64,000 bases of DNA. Source: Eubacteriales bacterium. GTDB taxonomy: Bacteria; Bacillota; Clostridia; Oscillospirales; CAG-382. Shown here one piece after another: positions 1 to 9,041 of the stretch (position 1 is the first letter of the stretch; each line of letters begins with the position of its first letter). Below the pieces are notes generated by a model. That model was not told the origin of the DNA. It saw nothing but the letters and a program-made list of their open reading frames with translations, and did not search any database. The stretch spans positions 52,004 to 116,003 of the forward strand of contig JAZTZW010000018.1 of NCBI GenBank assembly GCA_045637685.1, in the 5' to 3' direction. The position numbers and the translations under genes were made by a program.

Positions 1-431
1 AATCCGAAATTATTGCCAAGCTTGCAGAAATGTCGAAAACGGCTCGTCTGCTCGATAACGCGCTTAACGTTATACAAAACGGCGGAGATATTTTCGAGCC
101 TAAGCTCAGCACGCCTGAACGAAAGCAGATACAAAATGCTTTTGTTGCCGAAAACACCGAGGCTTTTATAAAGGGCGAATACGAAAAGCTGTTCAACGCT
201 TTCGGAAAAACTATGCAGAAATATACTCCGCTTTCTGCATTACAAAGTATTATTGCAGATGCGCTTTTGCCGCTCGGCGAATTCATATCGCTCGAACGGA
301 TAGAGCGCGATTGCGGTGCGGAAAACGTTTATTACAGCCTTTTGCGCTACGAAAAGTTAGGCTTGCGTATAAAATTTGTGGTTTTCGAAGAAAAAATCAA
401 CGGTCTTTGGCTGAGCTATTACGAGCTTTAG
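1..431 (+). CDS. hypothetical protein, 5' end probably truncated by window edge
   Basis: Frame is open from nt 3 (SEIIAKLAEMSKTARLL...) to the stop at 429-431. The first in-window ATG is at 30. No motif recognised. Confidence 0.5.
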   Translation, partial: SEIIAKLAEMSKTARLLDNALNVIQNGGDIFEPKLSTPERKQIQNAFVAENTEAFIKGEYEKLFNAFGKTMQKYTPLSALQSIIADALLPLGEFISLERIERDCGAENVYYSLLRYEKLGLRIKFVVFEEKINGLWLSYYEL

Positions 432-440
432 GAGGGCACT

Positions 441-677
441 ATGGGAAAATTCATTATCGGCGCAATCGCTGTGGCGGTGTTTTTGATAATAATAGCTCTG
501 TGCAGTAAAAGAAATATAAAGGGAAAGGTTTTTGTGTGTCCGCATTGCAAGCAGAGATTTGTGCAGGAAAAGCGGAAAAACACATATTTTTCGAATATGG
601 CGAGCAATTCGGCGTTTTTGAAATGTCCGCATTGCAAAAAACACGGTATATGCAACGAATCGAGGATAGAAGAATGA
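441..677 (+). CDS. small membrane-anchored zinc-ribbon protein (78 aa)
   Basis: N-terminal hydrophobic helix (FIIGAIAVAVFLIIIAL) followed by CPHC-25aa-CPHCKK. SD-like GGAGGG lies 8 nt upstream of the ATG. Confidence 0.55.
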   Translation: MGKFIIGAIAVAVFLIIIALCSKRNIKGKVFVCPHCKQRFVQEKRKNTYFSNMASNSAFLKCPHCKKHGICNESRIEE

Positions 678-1015
678 AAAAATCACTTTTGACATTAGCG
701 TTTATGTGTAATATTCTTTTGCTTTCGGGGTGCGAACTGCATTGGGGCGGCGCGACCTACGACGTTCCGTGGTGGTTTACTTTTATCGTTTCGTTTCCAA
801 TAGTTGTTTTCAGCACGGTATTGTTTATAGTGAATATGCCAAAGAACTTTTGGGCGAGATGCAGTAAGTGCTATGGACATTTTTGGGTAAAAAAGCGCGT
901 TATGAGATTTTCCGCCTCGCATTCGCCCGAGGATAGCTTTGAATTCGTAACCAAATGCCCGTACTGTAAAAAGCGCACGCTTTGCCAAAAATCCTATGAC
1001 CAAGACGGAGAATAA
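674..1015 (+). CDS. small membrane/lipoprotein-like zinc-ribbon protein (113 aa), paralogous in design to 441-677
   Basis: The internal ATG at 674 overlaps the upstream stop (ATGA). N-terminus MKKSLLTLAFMCNILLLSGC is lipobox-like, a second hydrophobic helix follows, then CSKC-28aa-CPYCKK. The longer ORF from 536 would overlap the previous gene. Confidence 0.55.
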   Translation: MKKSLLTLAFMCNILLLSGCELHWGGATYDVPWWFTFIVSFPIVVFSTVLFIVNMPKNFWARCSKCYGHFWVKKRVMRFSASHSPEDSFEFVTKCPYCKKRTLCQKSYDQDGE

Positions 1016-1020
1016 AGAAA

Positions 1021-1045
1021 ACACCGCGGAAATATTCCGCGGTGT
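1021..1045. terminator. bidirectional rho-independent terminator hairpin
   Basis: acaccgcgga-aatat-tccgcggtgt, a perfect 10-bp stem between convergent genes, with A/T runs on both sides. Confidence 0.6.
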
Positions 1046-1053
1046 TGACTTTT

Positions 1054-2244
1054 CTATTGTATTGTGCAGGCGAGCCTCCAAAGCTCGATATTGTTTGTCA
1101 GCAGGGCTTTTTCCAACTGCTTAAGCGCATAAGGGAGATAATATTTTTCGTTCGGGACGTATTTTTTCAGCAGCTCCGAAGCGAGCACAAACATCGCGTT
1201 TACCGCTTCATCTTCCATATTATTGACGTTGTAATAATAAAACGAGCCCAAGTGCCGAAGCAGAAGCTTATAAAATATTACACCCGTATCGAGTCCGAAG
1301 CGAACGGTATCCTCTATGCATCTTTCGAGCATCCAATAGCGTTGCACCGCGCGGTCGGGAGCTTTTGACTGAATATGCGAAAAGTTCTTTTCGTACCAAC
1401 GGTATTCGTATTTCACCTCGGGAATATATTCGAAGGTTTTGCAAAGACGGAACACCAAGAAGTGTATTATGGTATCCTCGTACCAATAATTGGGTAGAAA
1501 ACGAATGTTTTCGAACATTTCGCGCTTATAGACCTTGCACCACGGCAACCCAGGAAAGTTCCAAAGATAATCGCCGTCCTTATAGCGCATAAGGTTGTAT
1601 TTCGGATAAATATTAGGGGTTACCGAGGTTATTTTGCCGCCCGATTCCTTCGAAAGATTGTGGGCGCAGATAGCCATATCGAGGTCGTTTTTATACGCTT
1701 TTGACATAAGCGTTTCGACAATATCGTCGTGAACGATATCGTCACAGTCGATAAACATATAATATCTGCCCGAAGCGTTGTTCAAGCCCGTGTTTCTTGC
1801 CGCGCCGATACCGCCGTTTTCCTGATGTATCACCTTAACCTTGGGGTGTGTTTTGAACCTTTCGAGAATATCCTTTGCGGGCTGGCGCGAGCCGTCGTCG
1901 ACAAGAATAAGCTCGTAATTATATTTGGTTTTCTGATTTAATGCGGCGGATATGGTTTCCTCTATCAGGTCCTCGTAATTGTATATAGGCATAATTATCG
2001 AAAGATCGAGATTTTCGTTCAAGGGAAGATTAATAACCTCTGCCTTTGTTTCGATTTTCGGATATTTCGCCGTTATTATTTCCTTTGCAACCGCGGGATC
2101 CATTGTAACTATGCGTTTTTTTGTAAAAGCCTTTTTTACAAAAAACACGGCGCAGTAGGCAAAATAGGCAAGCGTTGCAAGTATCACGCAAATTTTTTCG
2201 TTCGGTAGCCTTTTGTAAAAAAAGGTGTAAAAGCCTTGTTTCAT
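1054..2244 (-). CDS. family 2 glycosyltransferase with N-terminal TM helix
   Basis: GT2 motifs LSIIMPIYN, ILVDDGS, DCDD (DXD). Last gene of the rml operon, 2-nt gap to rmlC. Confidence 0.85.
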   Translation of the reverse strand: MKQGFYTFFYKRLPNEKICVILATLAYFAYCAVFFVKKAFTKKRIVTMDPAVAKEIITAKYPKIETKAEVINLPLNENLDLSIIMPIYNYEDLIEETISAALNQKTKYNYELILVDDGSRQPAKDILERFKTHPKVKVIHQENGGIGAARNTGLNNASGRYYMFIDCDDIVHDDIVETLMSKAYKNDLDMAICAHNLSKESGGKITSVTPNIYPKYNLMRYKDGDYLWNFPGLPWCKVYKREMFENIRFLPNYWYEDTIIHFLVFRLCKTFEYIPEVKYEYRWYEKNFSHIQSKAPDRAVQRYWMLERCIEDTVRFGLDTGVIFYKLLLRHLGSFYYYNVNNMEDEAVNAMFVLASELLKKYVPNEKYYLPYALKQLEKALLTNNIELWRLACTIQ

Positions 2245-2246
2245 TT

Positions 2247-2792
2247 TTATTCGTCCTTAAAATTCGGGTGCTTTGTGTCTTTTTCGGAAAGCAAAATTTC
2301 CATATCGGGGGTTATCGGCCATTCGATACCTATGGTCGGATCGTTCCACATAATGCCGCCTTCGTCCTCGGGATGATAATAGTCATCGCACTTATATACG
2401 AATTCGGCATCCTCCGAAAGCACCAAAAATCCGTGCGCGAAGTTGCGGGGAACGTATAATTGCCTTTTGTTTTCGGCAGAAAGCAAAACGCCCACCCACT
2501 TACCGTAGGTTTCGCTATCCTTGCGAAGGTCGACGGCAACGTCGAATACCTCGCCCTTTATAACGCGCACAAGCTTTGCCTGCGGGTGATTTTTTTGGAA
2601 ATGTAGTCCGCGCAGAACACCTTTTTTCGATTTCGATTGATTGTCCTGAACGAAATCGGATTTTATTCCGCCCTCGAAAAAGGCTTCCCTTTGGTAGGTT
2701 TCCATAAAATAGCCGCGGTCGTCGCCGAATACGCGCGGCTCGACGATTATTACGTTTTCGATATCGGTTTTAATAAAATTAAAATTACTCAT
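2247..2792 (-). CDS. rmlC: dTDP-4-dehydrorhamnose 3,5-epimerase
   Basis: Typical RmlC sequence (FGDDRGYF, RGLHFQ, HGFLVLS). 181 aa. Confidence 0.95.
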   Translation of the reverse strand: MSNFNFIKTDIENVIIVEPRVFGDDRGYFMETYQREAFFEGGIKSDFVQDNQSKSKKGVLRGLHFQKNHPQAKLVRVIKGEVFDVAVDLRKDSETYGKWVGVLLSAENKRQLYVPRNFAHGFLVLSEDAEFVYKCDDYYHPEDEGGIMWNDPTIGIEWPITPDMEILLSEKDTKHPNFKDE

Positions 2793-3675
2793 CGCCTATC
2801 TCCTTTAAAAATTCGGCAAGCGCATCGCGCCAATCGGGCAGGGGGGCAAAGCCGTTTTCCGTAAGCTTGCTTTTGTCAAGACGGCTGTTGAACGGTCTTG
2901 CGGCCTTAGATAACCCGTATTCCGCCGTTGTTACGGGGGTTACCTGCATATCGATTTTTGCCTGCTTGAATATTGCGCAGGCGAAATCGTACCAGCTTAT
3001 ATAACCGCCCTCGTTCGTCGCGTGGTAATAGCCGTATTTTTCGGTTTCGCACATATCTGCAAGCAATCTTGCAAGGTGCTTGGTATAGGTGGGCGTGCCG
3101 ATTTGGTCGCAAACTACCCGCAACGAGGAATATTTTTTCGATAAATTCAGCATCGTTTTTATAAAATTGTTGCCGTTTTTGCCGAAAACCCAAGCTATTC
3201 GAACGATAAAGTATTTTTCGAGAAGCGAGCTTACTGCGTTTTCGCCTTCTAATTTGGTTTTGCCATAAAAATTTTGCGGGCTGTATTCCTTGCAATCCGC
3301 AGTCCACGGTAATTCGCCCTTGCCGTCGAAAACGTAATCGGTAGAAATATAAAGCATTTTGCAATCAAGCTCTTTGCATACGTTGGCGATATTTTGCGTG
3401 CCCTCGACGTTGATTGCATAAACCTTTTTCTTGTTTTCCTCGTCCTCCGCCGCATCGACAGCAGTCCAAGCCGCACAATGGATTACCGCGTCGGGCTTGA
3501 TTTTTGAAATAACATCAAAAACCGCCGCCTCGTCGGTTATATCGAGCTGTATGTAGTCCGCGTCGCTGTCTTTCGGAAGAATATCCGAGCCGATGCATTC
3601 GTGATTGCGCCGTTTAAGCTCGTTAACAACATCATAACCAAGCTGTCCGCCGACGCCCGTAACAAAAAATTTCAT
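2785..3675 (-). CDS. rmlD: dTDP-4-dehydrorhamnose reductase
   Basis: N-terminal Rossmann GxxGxxG (VTGVGGQLG) and RmlD length and context. Overlaps rmlC by 8 nt. Confidence 0.93.
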   Translation of the reverse strand: MKFFVTGVGGQLGYDVVNELKRRNHECIGSDILPKDSDADYIQLDITDEAAVFDVISKIKPDAVIHCAAWTAVDAAEDEENKKKVYAINVEGTQNIANVCKELDCKMLYISTDYVFDGKGELPWTADCKEYSPQNFYGKTKLEGENAVSSLLEKYFIVRIAWVFGKNGNNFIKTMLNLSKKYSSLRVVCDQIGTPTYTKHLARLLADMCETEKYGYYHATNEGGYISWYDFACAIFKQAKIDMQVTPVTTAEYGLSKAARPFNSRLDKSKLTENGFAPLPDWRDALAEFLKEIGDE

Positions 3676-3680
3676 ATTCT

Positions 3681-4700
3681 TTACCTGTTACCGTACATTT
3701 TTTCGTAATAGCTTTGGTATTCACCCGAAACAATGTCTTCCCACCACTTTCGGTTATCGAGATACCATTTTATCGTTTTCTTTATGCCGGAATCGAATTT
3801 GGTTTCGGGAAGCCAGCCAAGCTCGTTATGTATCTTGGTCGGGTCTATTGCATAGCGCATATCGTGCCCTTTACGGTCGGTGACGTAGGTGATAAGCGAT
3901 TCGGGCTTGTTAAGCTCTTTGCAGATTATTTTTACTATTTCGATATTTTGCTTTTCGTTGTGACCGCCGACGTTATAAACCTCGCCGACTCTGCCCTTGT
4001 GAATAATCAAGTCGATAGCCTTACAATGGTCCTCCACGTAAAGCCAATCGCGAACGTTTTTGCCCTCGCCGTAAACAGGAAGCGGCTTATCGTTAAGTGC
4101 GTTTGCGATCATAAGCGGGATAAGCTTTTCGGGGAAGTGATAAGGCCCGTAATTGTTAGAGCAGCGGCTTATGGTAACCGGCAAGCCGTAGGTGCGGTGA
4201 TATGAAAGCGTTAAAAGATCGGCAGCCGCCTTCGACGAAGAGTAGGGACTGCTTGTGTGAAGCGGCGTTGCTTCGGTAAAAAATAGGTCGGGGCGGTCGA
4301 GCGGAAGGTCGCCGTACACCTCGTCAGTGCTTACCTGATGATAACGGTCGATGCCGTATTTGCGGCAGGCGTCAAGAAGCACGGCTGTGCCTATAACGTT
4401 GGTTTGCAAGAAAACGTCGGGATTTTCTATGCTTCTGTCAACGTGGCTTTCTGCGGCAAAGTTAACAACGATATTCGGCTTTTCTTCCTCGAAAAGCGAA
4501 TAAACCCTATCGCGGTCGCAGATATCAGCTTTGACAAATCGGAAATTCGGACATTCCATTACCGACGAAAGCGTAGAAAGGTTTCCCGCGTAGGTTAGCT
4601 TGTCGAGGCAAATTATTCTGTAATCGGGATATTTCTGCAATAAATGGAAAATAAAGTTACTGCCTATAAATCCCGCGCCGCCTGTTACGATTATAGTCAT
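3681..4700 (-). CDS. rmlB: dTDP-glucose 4,6-dehydratase
   Basis: TGGAGFIGSNF and the YSSSKAAAD catalytic YxxxK. 339 aa. Confidence 0.95.
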   Translation of the reverse strand: MTIIVTGGAGFIGSNFIFHLLQKYPDYRIICLDKLTYAGNLSTLSSVMECPNFRFVKADICDRDRVYSLFEEEKPNIVVNFAAESHVDRSIENPDVFLQTNVIGTAVLLDACRKYGIDRYHQVSTDEVYGDLPLDRPDLFFTEATPLHTSSPYSSSKAAADLLTLSYHRTYGLPVTISRCSNNYGPYHFPEKLIPLMIANALNDKPLPVYGEGKNVRDWLYVEDHCKAIDLIIHKGRVGEVYNVGGHNEKQNIEIVKIICKELNKPESLITYVTDRKGHDMRYAIDPTKIHNELGWLPETKFDSGIKKTIKWYLDNRKWWEDIVSGEYQSYYEKMYGNR

Positions 4701-4712
4701 AGCTGTCCCCTT

Positions 4713-5606
4713 TTACCTTTTTTCTATGTATTTGCCGTCTAGAACGTCCTTTAAATACTGTCCGTACTGGTTGTTTTTCAGTTCTTCATAGGTTTTCAAC
4801 ACGTCCTCTGCGGTTATCCAGCCGTTCAAATACGCTATTTCTTCAAGGCAGGCGATTTTTCTGTGTTGGTGTGTTTCGACCGTTCGTATGAAGTTTGTGG
4901 CGTCGGCAAGGCTTTCGTGCGTGCCGGTATCGAGCCAGGTAAAGCCCTGACCCAGCAGCTCGACATTCAGCTTGCCGTTTGCAAGATATATCTTGTTAAC
5001 GTCGGTGATTTCAAGCTCGCCCCGCTTGCTCGGCTTTAAGGATTTTGCGTATTCCACAACGCGGTTATCGTAAAAATACAAGCCCGTTACGCAGTAGTTC
5101 GATTTGGGCTGTTGGGGCTTTTCTTCGATGCTTACTGCCTTTCCGTCTTTGTCGAATTCCACTATGCCGAAACGCTCGGGGGCGTCAACGTAATAACCGA
5201 ATATTGTTGCGCCGTTTTGGGTTTCTGCGTTTTCAACTGCAGAAACAAGCCGTTCCTTAAGCCCATGACCCGAAAAAATATTGTCGCCGAGAATCATCGC
5301 CACGCAGTCGTCGGCTATAAATTCTTCGCCGATAATAAATGCCTGAGCCAATCCGTCGGGGCTGGGCTGCACGGCATATTGCAATTCTATGCCGAATTGA
5401 GCGCCGTTGCCTAAAAGTGCTTCGAATCTGGGTGTGTCCTGAGGAGTGGAAATAATAAGTATGTCGCGAATTCCCGCCGTCATCAATACCGAGAGGGGGT
5501 AATAGATCATCGGCTTGTCGTAAACGGGAAGCAACTGCTTGGAGGTTACCTTTGTTAACGGGAATAATCTAGAGCCGGACCCTCCGGCGAGAATAATACC
5601 TTTCAT
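4713..5606 (-). CDS. rmlA: glucose-1-phosphate thymidylyltransferase
   Basis: [18 protein letters not shown] nucleotidyltransferase signature. 297 aa. First gene of the operon. Confidence 0.95.
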   Translation of the reverse strand: MKGIILAGGSGSRLFPLTKVTSKQLLPVYDKPMIYYPLSVLMTAGIRDILIISTPQDTPRFEALLGNGAQFGIELQYAVQPSPDGLAQAFIIGEEFIADDCVAMILGDNIFSGHGLKERLVSAVENAETQNGATIFGYYVDAPERFGIVEFDKDGKAVSIEEKPQQPKSNYCVTGLYFYDNRVVEYAKSLKPSKRGELEITDVNKIYLANGKLNVELLGQGFTWLDTGTHESLADATNFIRTVETHQHRKIACLEEIAYLNGWITAEDVLKTYEELKNNQYGQYLKDVLDGKYIEKR

Positions 5607-5664
5607 AAAACACCTCGTGAGTAGCGCGCAAGCGAAATACCTTAAAAATGTGTATATTTATTAC

Positions 5665-5693
5665 ATTATACAACAGGTTTTGCGTTTCGTCAA
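5665..5693 (-). promoter_or_regulatory. sigma-70-type promoter of the rml operon
   Basis: On the minus strand TTGACG-17nt-TATAAT, about 58 nt upstream of the rmlA ATG. Confidence 0.5.
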
Positions 5694-5716
5694 CACCTTT
5701 AAAGCCTCATCGGGAC

Positions 5717-5745
5717 TTGACATCTGATTAAATGCGCGGTATGAT
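5717..5745 (+). promoter_or_regulatory. sigma-70-type promoter of the 5787-8766 operon
   Basis: TTGACA-17nt-TATGAT, about 40 nt upstream of the ATG at 5787. Confidence 0.5.
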
Positions 5746-5786
5746 AAAAGCATACGATAAATACGATTCATCGAAAGGGAAAAGCC

Positions 5787-6839
5787 ATGAACAAATTAAT
5801 GAAAAAGGGCGTTTTGCTTTACACGAGCTACCGCGGATACAGCGGCGGCAAATATTACGTACCGACCGATAGTGAGCTTAAAGCCCTGCTTGAGGTTACC
5901 GACGAGATACTGCTTATACCTATCGCGACCTTTAACCGTTATATCGACAGAAACGGGAATGAAACAGAGGTTATTACGCGCGAAATAATCGACGGAATGA
6001 CCCCCGATATGGTGGGCGACCCCAGCCGTTTGGAAACGATTAAAAAGGAATATCACGCAACAGCGGACAAGATTCTTGCGGGCAATTACCATATTAAGGA
6101 TTACGTTGCCGATGCAATTTCTTATGCCGAGCGTCTTGTTGCGATAAATCCCGACGTGAAGCTTTGGTTTTCGGTGCCTCATTCGGAATGCTGGCACGCG
6201 CTTACCCACCTTTTCTCCGAGCCGTGGGCGGATACGGTTGACCTTATAAAGAATTCTCTGCGCGCAGATATTTGGGATAACAACGTTCAAGGTATTTATT
6301 TCGCAGGCGAGGATATCGTTACCGCAGGCTACACGAGATTTGATAACGACAAGCCCGAAGAGGATTTTAACAATCCTATTGTTAAGGCGATGCGTGTTGT
6401 TTCCGAGCGCGTTCGCTCGTTCGGCAAGAATTTTCTTTGGATTCCCTATTACCACGAAGCGGCTTCGAGCTCGAAAAACCTTGGTCACGTTGTGAATCTT
6501 ACGAATATTTTCGATACCGCTATCATTCAGCCGTCGTTCTTCTTCAACCCCGCGCGCGTTGATGAAATAAGAATTGTGAGCGATTGCGTTCGCAAGCAGG
6601 CGGTTGTGGATATAAACGGAAATATTATCGGCGGTAAGAAGGTATCAAACACCGAAATCGGCTTTGAAATGGAAATTGACGAGCAGTTTTACGACAGAGA
6701 GGGCTACCCCGAACGCTATTACGCTTACGAAAAGGGCTTCGGCGAATTCGTAGGTGTTCGCCCGACCGCTTATTACGCAGGCGCGCCCGAAACGTTGATA
6801 AAAACCCTGCCGATTATTGATAAATTTTATAAAAAATGA
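5787..6839 (+). CDS. hypothetical protein (350 aa), possibly a TIM-barrel glycosidase-like DUF
   Basis: Long ORF with an SD (AAAGGGAAAAG) upstream. No catalytic motif recognised. Divergent from the rml operon. Confidence 0.65.
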   Translation: MNKLMKKGVLLYTSYRGYSGGKYYVPTDSELKALLEVTDEILLIPIATFNRYIDRNGNETEVITREIIDGMTPDMVGDPSRLETIKKEYHATADKILAGNYHIKDYVADAISYAERLVAINPDVKLWFSVPHSECWHALTHLFSEPWADTVDLIKNSLRADIWDNNVQGIYFAGEDIVTAGYTRFDNDKPEEDFNNPIVKAMRVVSERVRSFGKNFLWIPYYHEAASSSKNLGHVVNLTNIFDTAIIQPSFFFNPARVDEIRIVSDCVRKQAVVDINGNIIGGKKVSNTEIGFEMEIDEQFYDREGYPERYYAYEKGFGEFVGVRPTAYYAGAPETLIKTLPIIDKFYKK

Positions 6840-8029
6840 GATTCCCCAAATTAAAAAACGCACTCTTGTGCAGGATAATGGTGTACGTCACCATTATTAT
6901 TGTGCCGATAAGCGTTATAAGCTGGAGCATACTTTTAACCGACGGCCCGCCTGCGATTTTGAAGATTGCGGTATTTGTCGGTTGGGCGGTCGCTTTAATC
7001 GCGTATTTATCTAAAAACATTATGGTTTTGTTTTTCTTAGACGTAACGCTTGCGTCGCTTCGAGCGCACAGCCGTGTAAGAAAGCATTTCGATTATCCTA
7101 CAAAAAACGTCGGCGACGACGTTGCAAAGCGTATTGAAAAAAGGCTTTGCCTTTGGGGCAGTAAGTGCGAGCCGCGAAACCGCGAGCCGATACCGAGACT
7201 TATTAAATACAGCGCACGGATATCGTGGACGATATACAACAGCGGGGTAAACAAGTTTATTTTAATCTACCGCGCCGAAACGCTCGACAAGCCGCTTTAT
7301 GACAGCATATTCCAATCGGCGAAAACTAATACCGAAAAATACATCGGCACGAAAAAGCGCATTATTACCGACAAACACCAAAAGAAAGCGCCGCTTTCGG
7401 TCGCCTGTGTTCCCGTAATTATCGCCAATAGGGTCGAGGAAGCGTTTTCGCAAAAGCTTTTCGATACCGTTTGTAAGGGTAACGGCAACGATAACAAGGC
7501 GTTTTTGCCCTGCGTTATCGATGTCGAAAGAGGTATTTGCGTTTTCAACAGCGAAAAGGAACCTTACTTTGGGTTTGGTTACAGCGCAAAAAGCCGAGCA
7601 TATAACCTTATAAAACGCTATGTTTTCGGTGGGAGACTGCCTTTTAAAAACAACGACGACAAGATAAAAATGCATTACGGCGACGATGGCTTTAGCGAAG
7701 AAACATCGCTTTGGGCGCTTTGGCGTTTTCTGAAGCTCGAAGCGCGCGATATAACGCGCAAGGAAAAGAAATCGGTAAAATCGCTAAAGGAAAACGATAT
7801 AAAATTCGAGGACGACACGGTTTATATCAAAATCGGCAAGCGCACCGCCGTTCTGCCGACGCTCGAGGAAAACGGCGTGCTTACTTTGCCTTATCCCGAA
7901 ATGTGGAGATATCCCACAGCACAGAAAATTGCAAAAACGACCCAAAAGGATATAGAGCGCAGGGTTAGCGATTTTATGACAAAAAAAGGATACAAAATAA
8001 AATTCGAGAAAACCGAGGAAGAACAATGA
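6836..8029 (+). CDS. hypothetical membrane protein (397 aa)
   Basis: The ATG overlaps the upstream stop (ATGA). Three N-terminal hydrophobic segments are followed by a ~300-aa basic soluble region. Confidence 0.65.
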   Translation: MRFPKLKNALLCRIMVYVTIIIVPISVISWSILLTDGPPAILKIAVFVGWAVALIAYLSKNIMVLFFLDVTLASLRAHSRVRKHFDYPTKNVGDDVAKRIEKRLCLWGSKCEPRNREPIPRLIKYSARISWTIYNSGVNKFILIYRAETLDKPLYDSIFQSAKTNTEKYIGTKKRIITDKHQKKAPLSVACVPVIIANRVEEAFSQKLFDTVCKGNGNDNKAFLPCVIDVERGICVFNSEKEPYFGFGYSAKSRAYNLIKRYVFGGRLPFKNNDDKIKMHYGDDGFSEETSLWALWRFLKLEARDITRKEKKSVKSLKENDIKFEDDTVYIKIGKRTAVLPTLEENGVLTLPYPEMWRYPTAQKIAKTTQKDIERRVSDFMTKKGYKIKFEKTEEEQ

Positions 8030-8337
8030 TTTTAGTAAACACAGATTACATTAGCGGCAAGGAGCTTGAAATGCTCGGTCTTGTGCGCGGCAGTACGATA
8101 CAGAGCAAGCATATCGGCAAGGATTTTACCCAGAGCTTTAAAACCCTTGTCGGCGGCGAGCTTAAGGCATACACGCAGATGATGAACGAGGCGCGCGACA
8201 TAGCAACCTCGCGTATGGTTGCCGAAGCCGAGGCTCTCGGTGCGGACGCGATAGTTAATATCCGCTATGCTTCTGCAGGCGTAATGCAGGGCGCGGCAGA
8301 GGTTATCGCCTACGGCACGGCGGTTAAGTTTAAGTAA
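8026..8337 (+). CDS. ybjQ: YbjQ/UPF0145 family protein
   Basis: 103 aa with the typical YbjQ sequence (GGELKAY...EARD.A..RM...A..LGADAIVNIRY). The ATG overlaps the upstream stop. Confidence 0.85.
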   Translation: MILVNTDYISGKELEMLGLVRGSTIQSKHIGKDFTQSFKTLVGGELKAYTQMMNEARDIATSRMVAEAEALGADAIVNIRYASAGVMQGAAEVIAYGTAVKFK

Positions 8338-8766
8338 ATGGTAATAAGAAAAGCCGCTGTTGCAGACGCAAATTCGCTTTGCGAAATAAACCGTAAATCT
8401 ATGGGCTATGATTTTTCTGCCGAAAAAACAGCCGAAAACCTTAAAATTACGCTCGAAAAGGAATACGAAGCTGTTTTTGTCGCGGAAGAAGACAAGAAGG
8501 TTGTTGGCTATATACATATCGCGGAATACGGCTTGCTGTTTGCCGAAAAGGGCGTAAACATTCTCGGCATCGCCGTTGCTCCCGAGCATATCGGCAAAGG
8601 CATTGGGCGCGCGCTTATGAACAAAGCCGAGGAATGGGCGAGCGAGCGCGGAGCCGCTTATATCCGCCTTGTTTCGGGCGAGAGCCGAAGGGGCGCACAC
8701 TCCTTTTACGAAAAATGCGGATATACGAGCAACAAAATGCAGAAGAACTTCAAGAAAAAGCTGTAA
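8338..8766 (+). CDS. GNAT family N-acetyltransferase
   Basis: Acetyl-CoA motif A (LGIAVAPEHIGKGIGRALM). 142 aa. The ATG immediately follows the ybjQ stop. Confidence 0.85.
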   Translation: MVIRKAAVADANSLCEINRKSMGYDFSAEKTAENLKITLEKEYEAVFVAEEDKKVVGYIHIAEYGLLFAEKGVNILGIAVAPEHIGKGIGRALMNKAEEWASERGAAYIRLVSGESRRGAHSFYEKCGYTSNKMQKNFKKKL

Positions 8767-9000
8767 AAAAGGGGGCTGTCGCTTTTGGTCTAAACCGAAA
8801 AAATCCGACAAACAAATATAAATAACGCAAACCAAGAACCAAAAGGTGAACTTGACATAAAAATAGGTTGAAATTCTTCGAATTTCTTCCGTTTAAATAT
8901 CGGATTTTTTCTATCGCGCTTTGCAAGGCCCGACGTACCTTTGTACGCCTGCGCCTTGCAAAATCTCGATTTTAGCCGCAAAATCGTTCGCCCCAAATAA

Positions 9001-9035
9001 AGAGGCTGTCTCAATTGCAGGATTGAGACAGCCTC
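9001..9035 (-). terminator. rho-independent terminator downstream of the 613-aa gene (usable in both directions)
   Basis: agaggctgtctcaat-tgcagg-attgagacagcctct, a 15-bp (14 paired plus one mismatch) stem 6 nt after the stop at 9042. Confidence 0.65.
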
Positions 9036-9041
9036 TCTCTG

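Noticed and set aside
8026-8766. YbjQ plus GNAT, considered as a GNAT-type toxin-antitoxin pair.
   Set aside because: GNAT toxins pair with small RHH or HTH antitoxins. Here the partner is YbjQ, and both genes are the distal part of a four-gene coupled operon.
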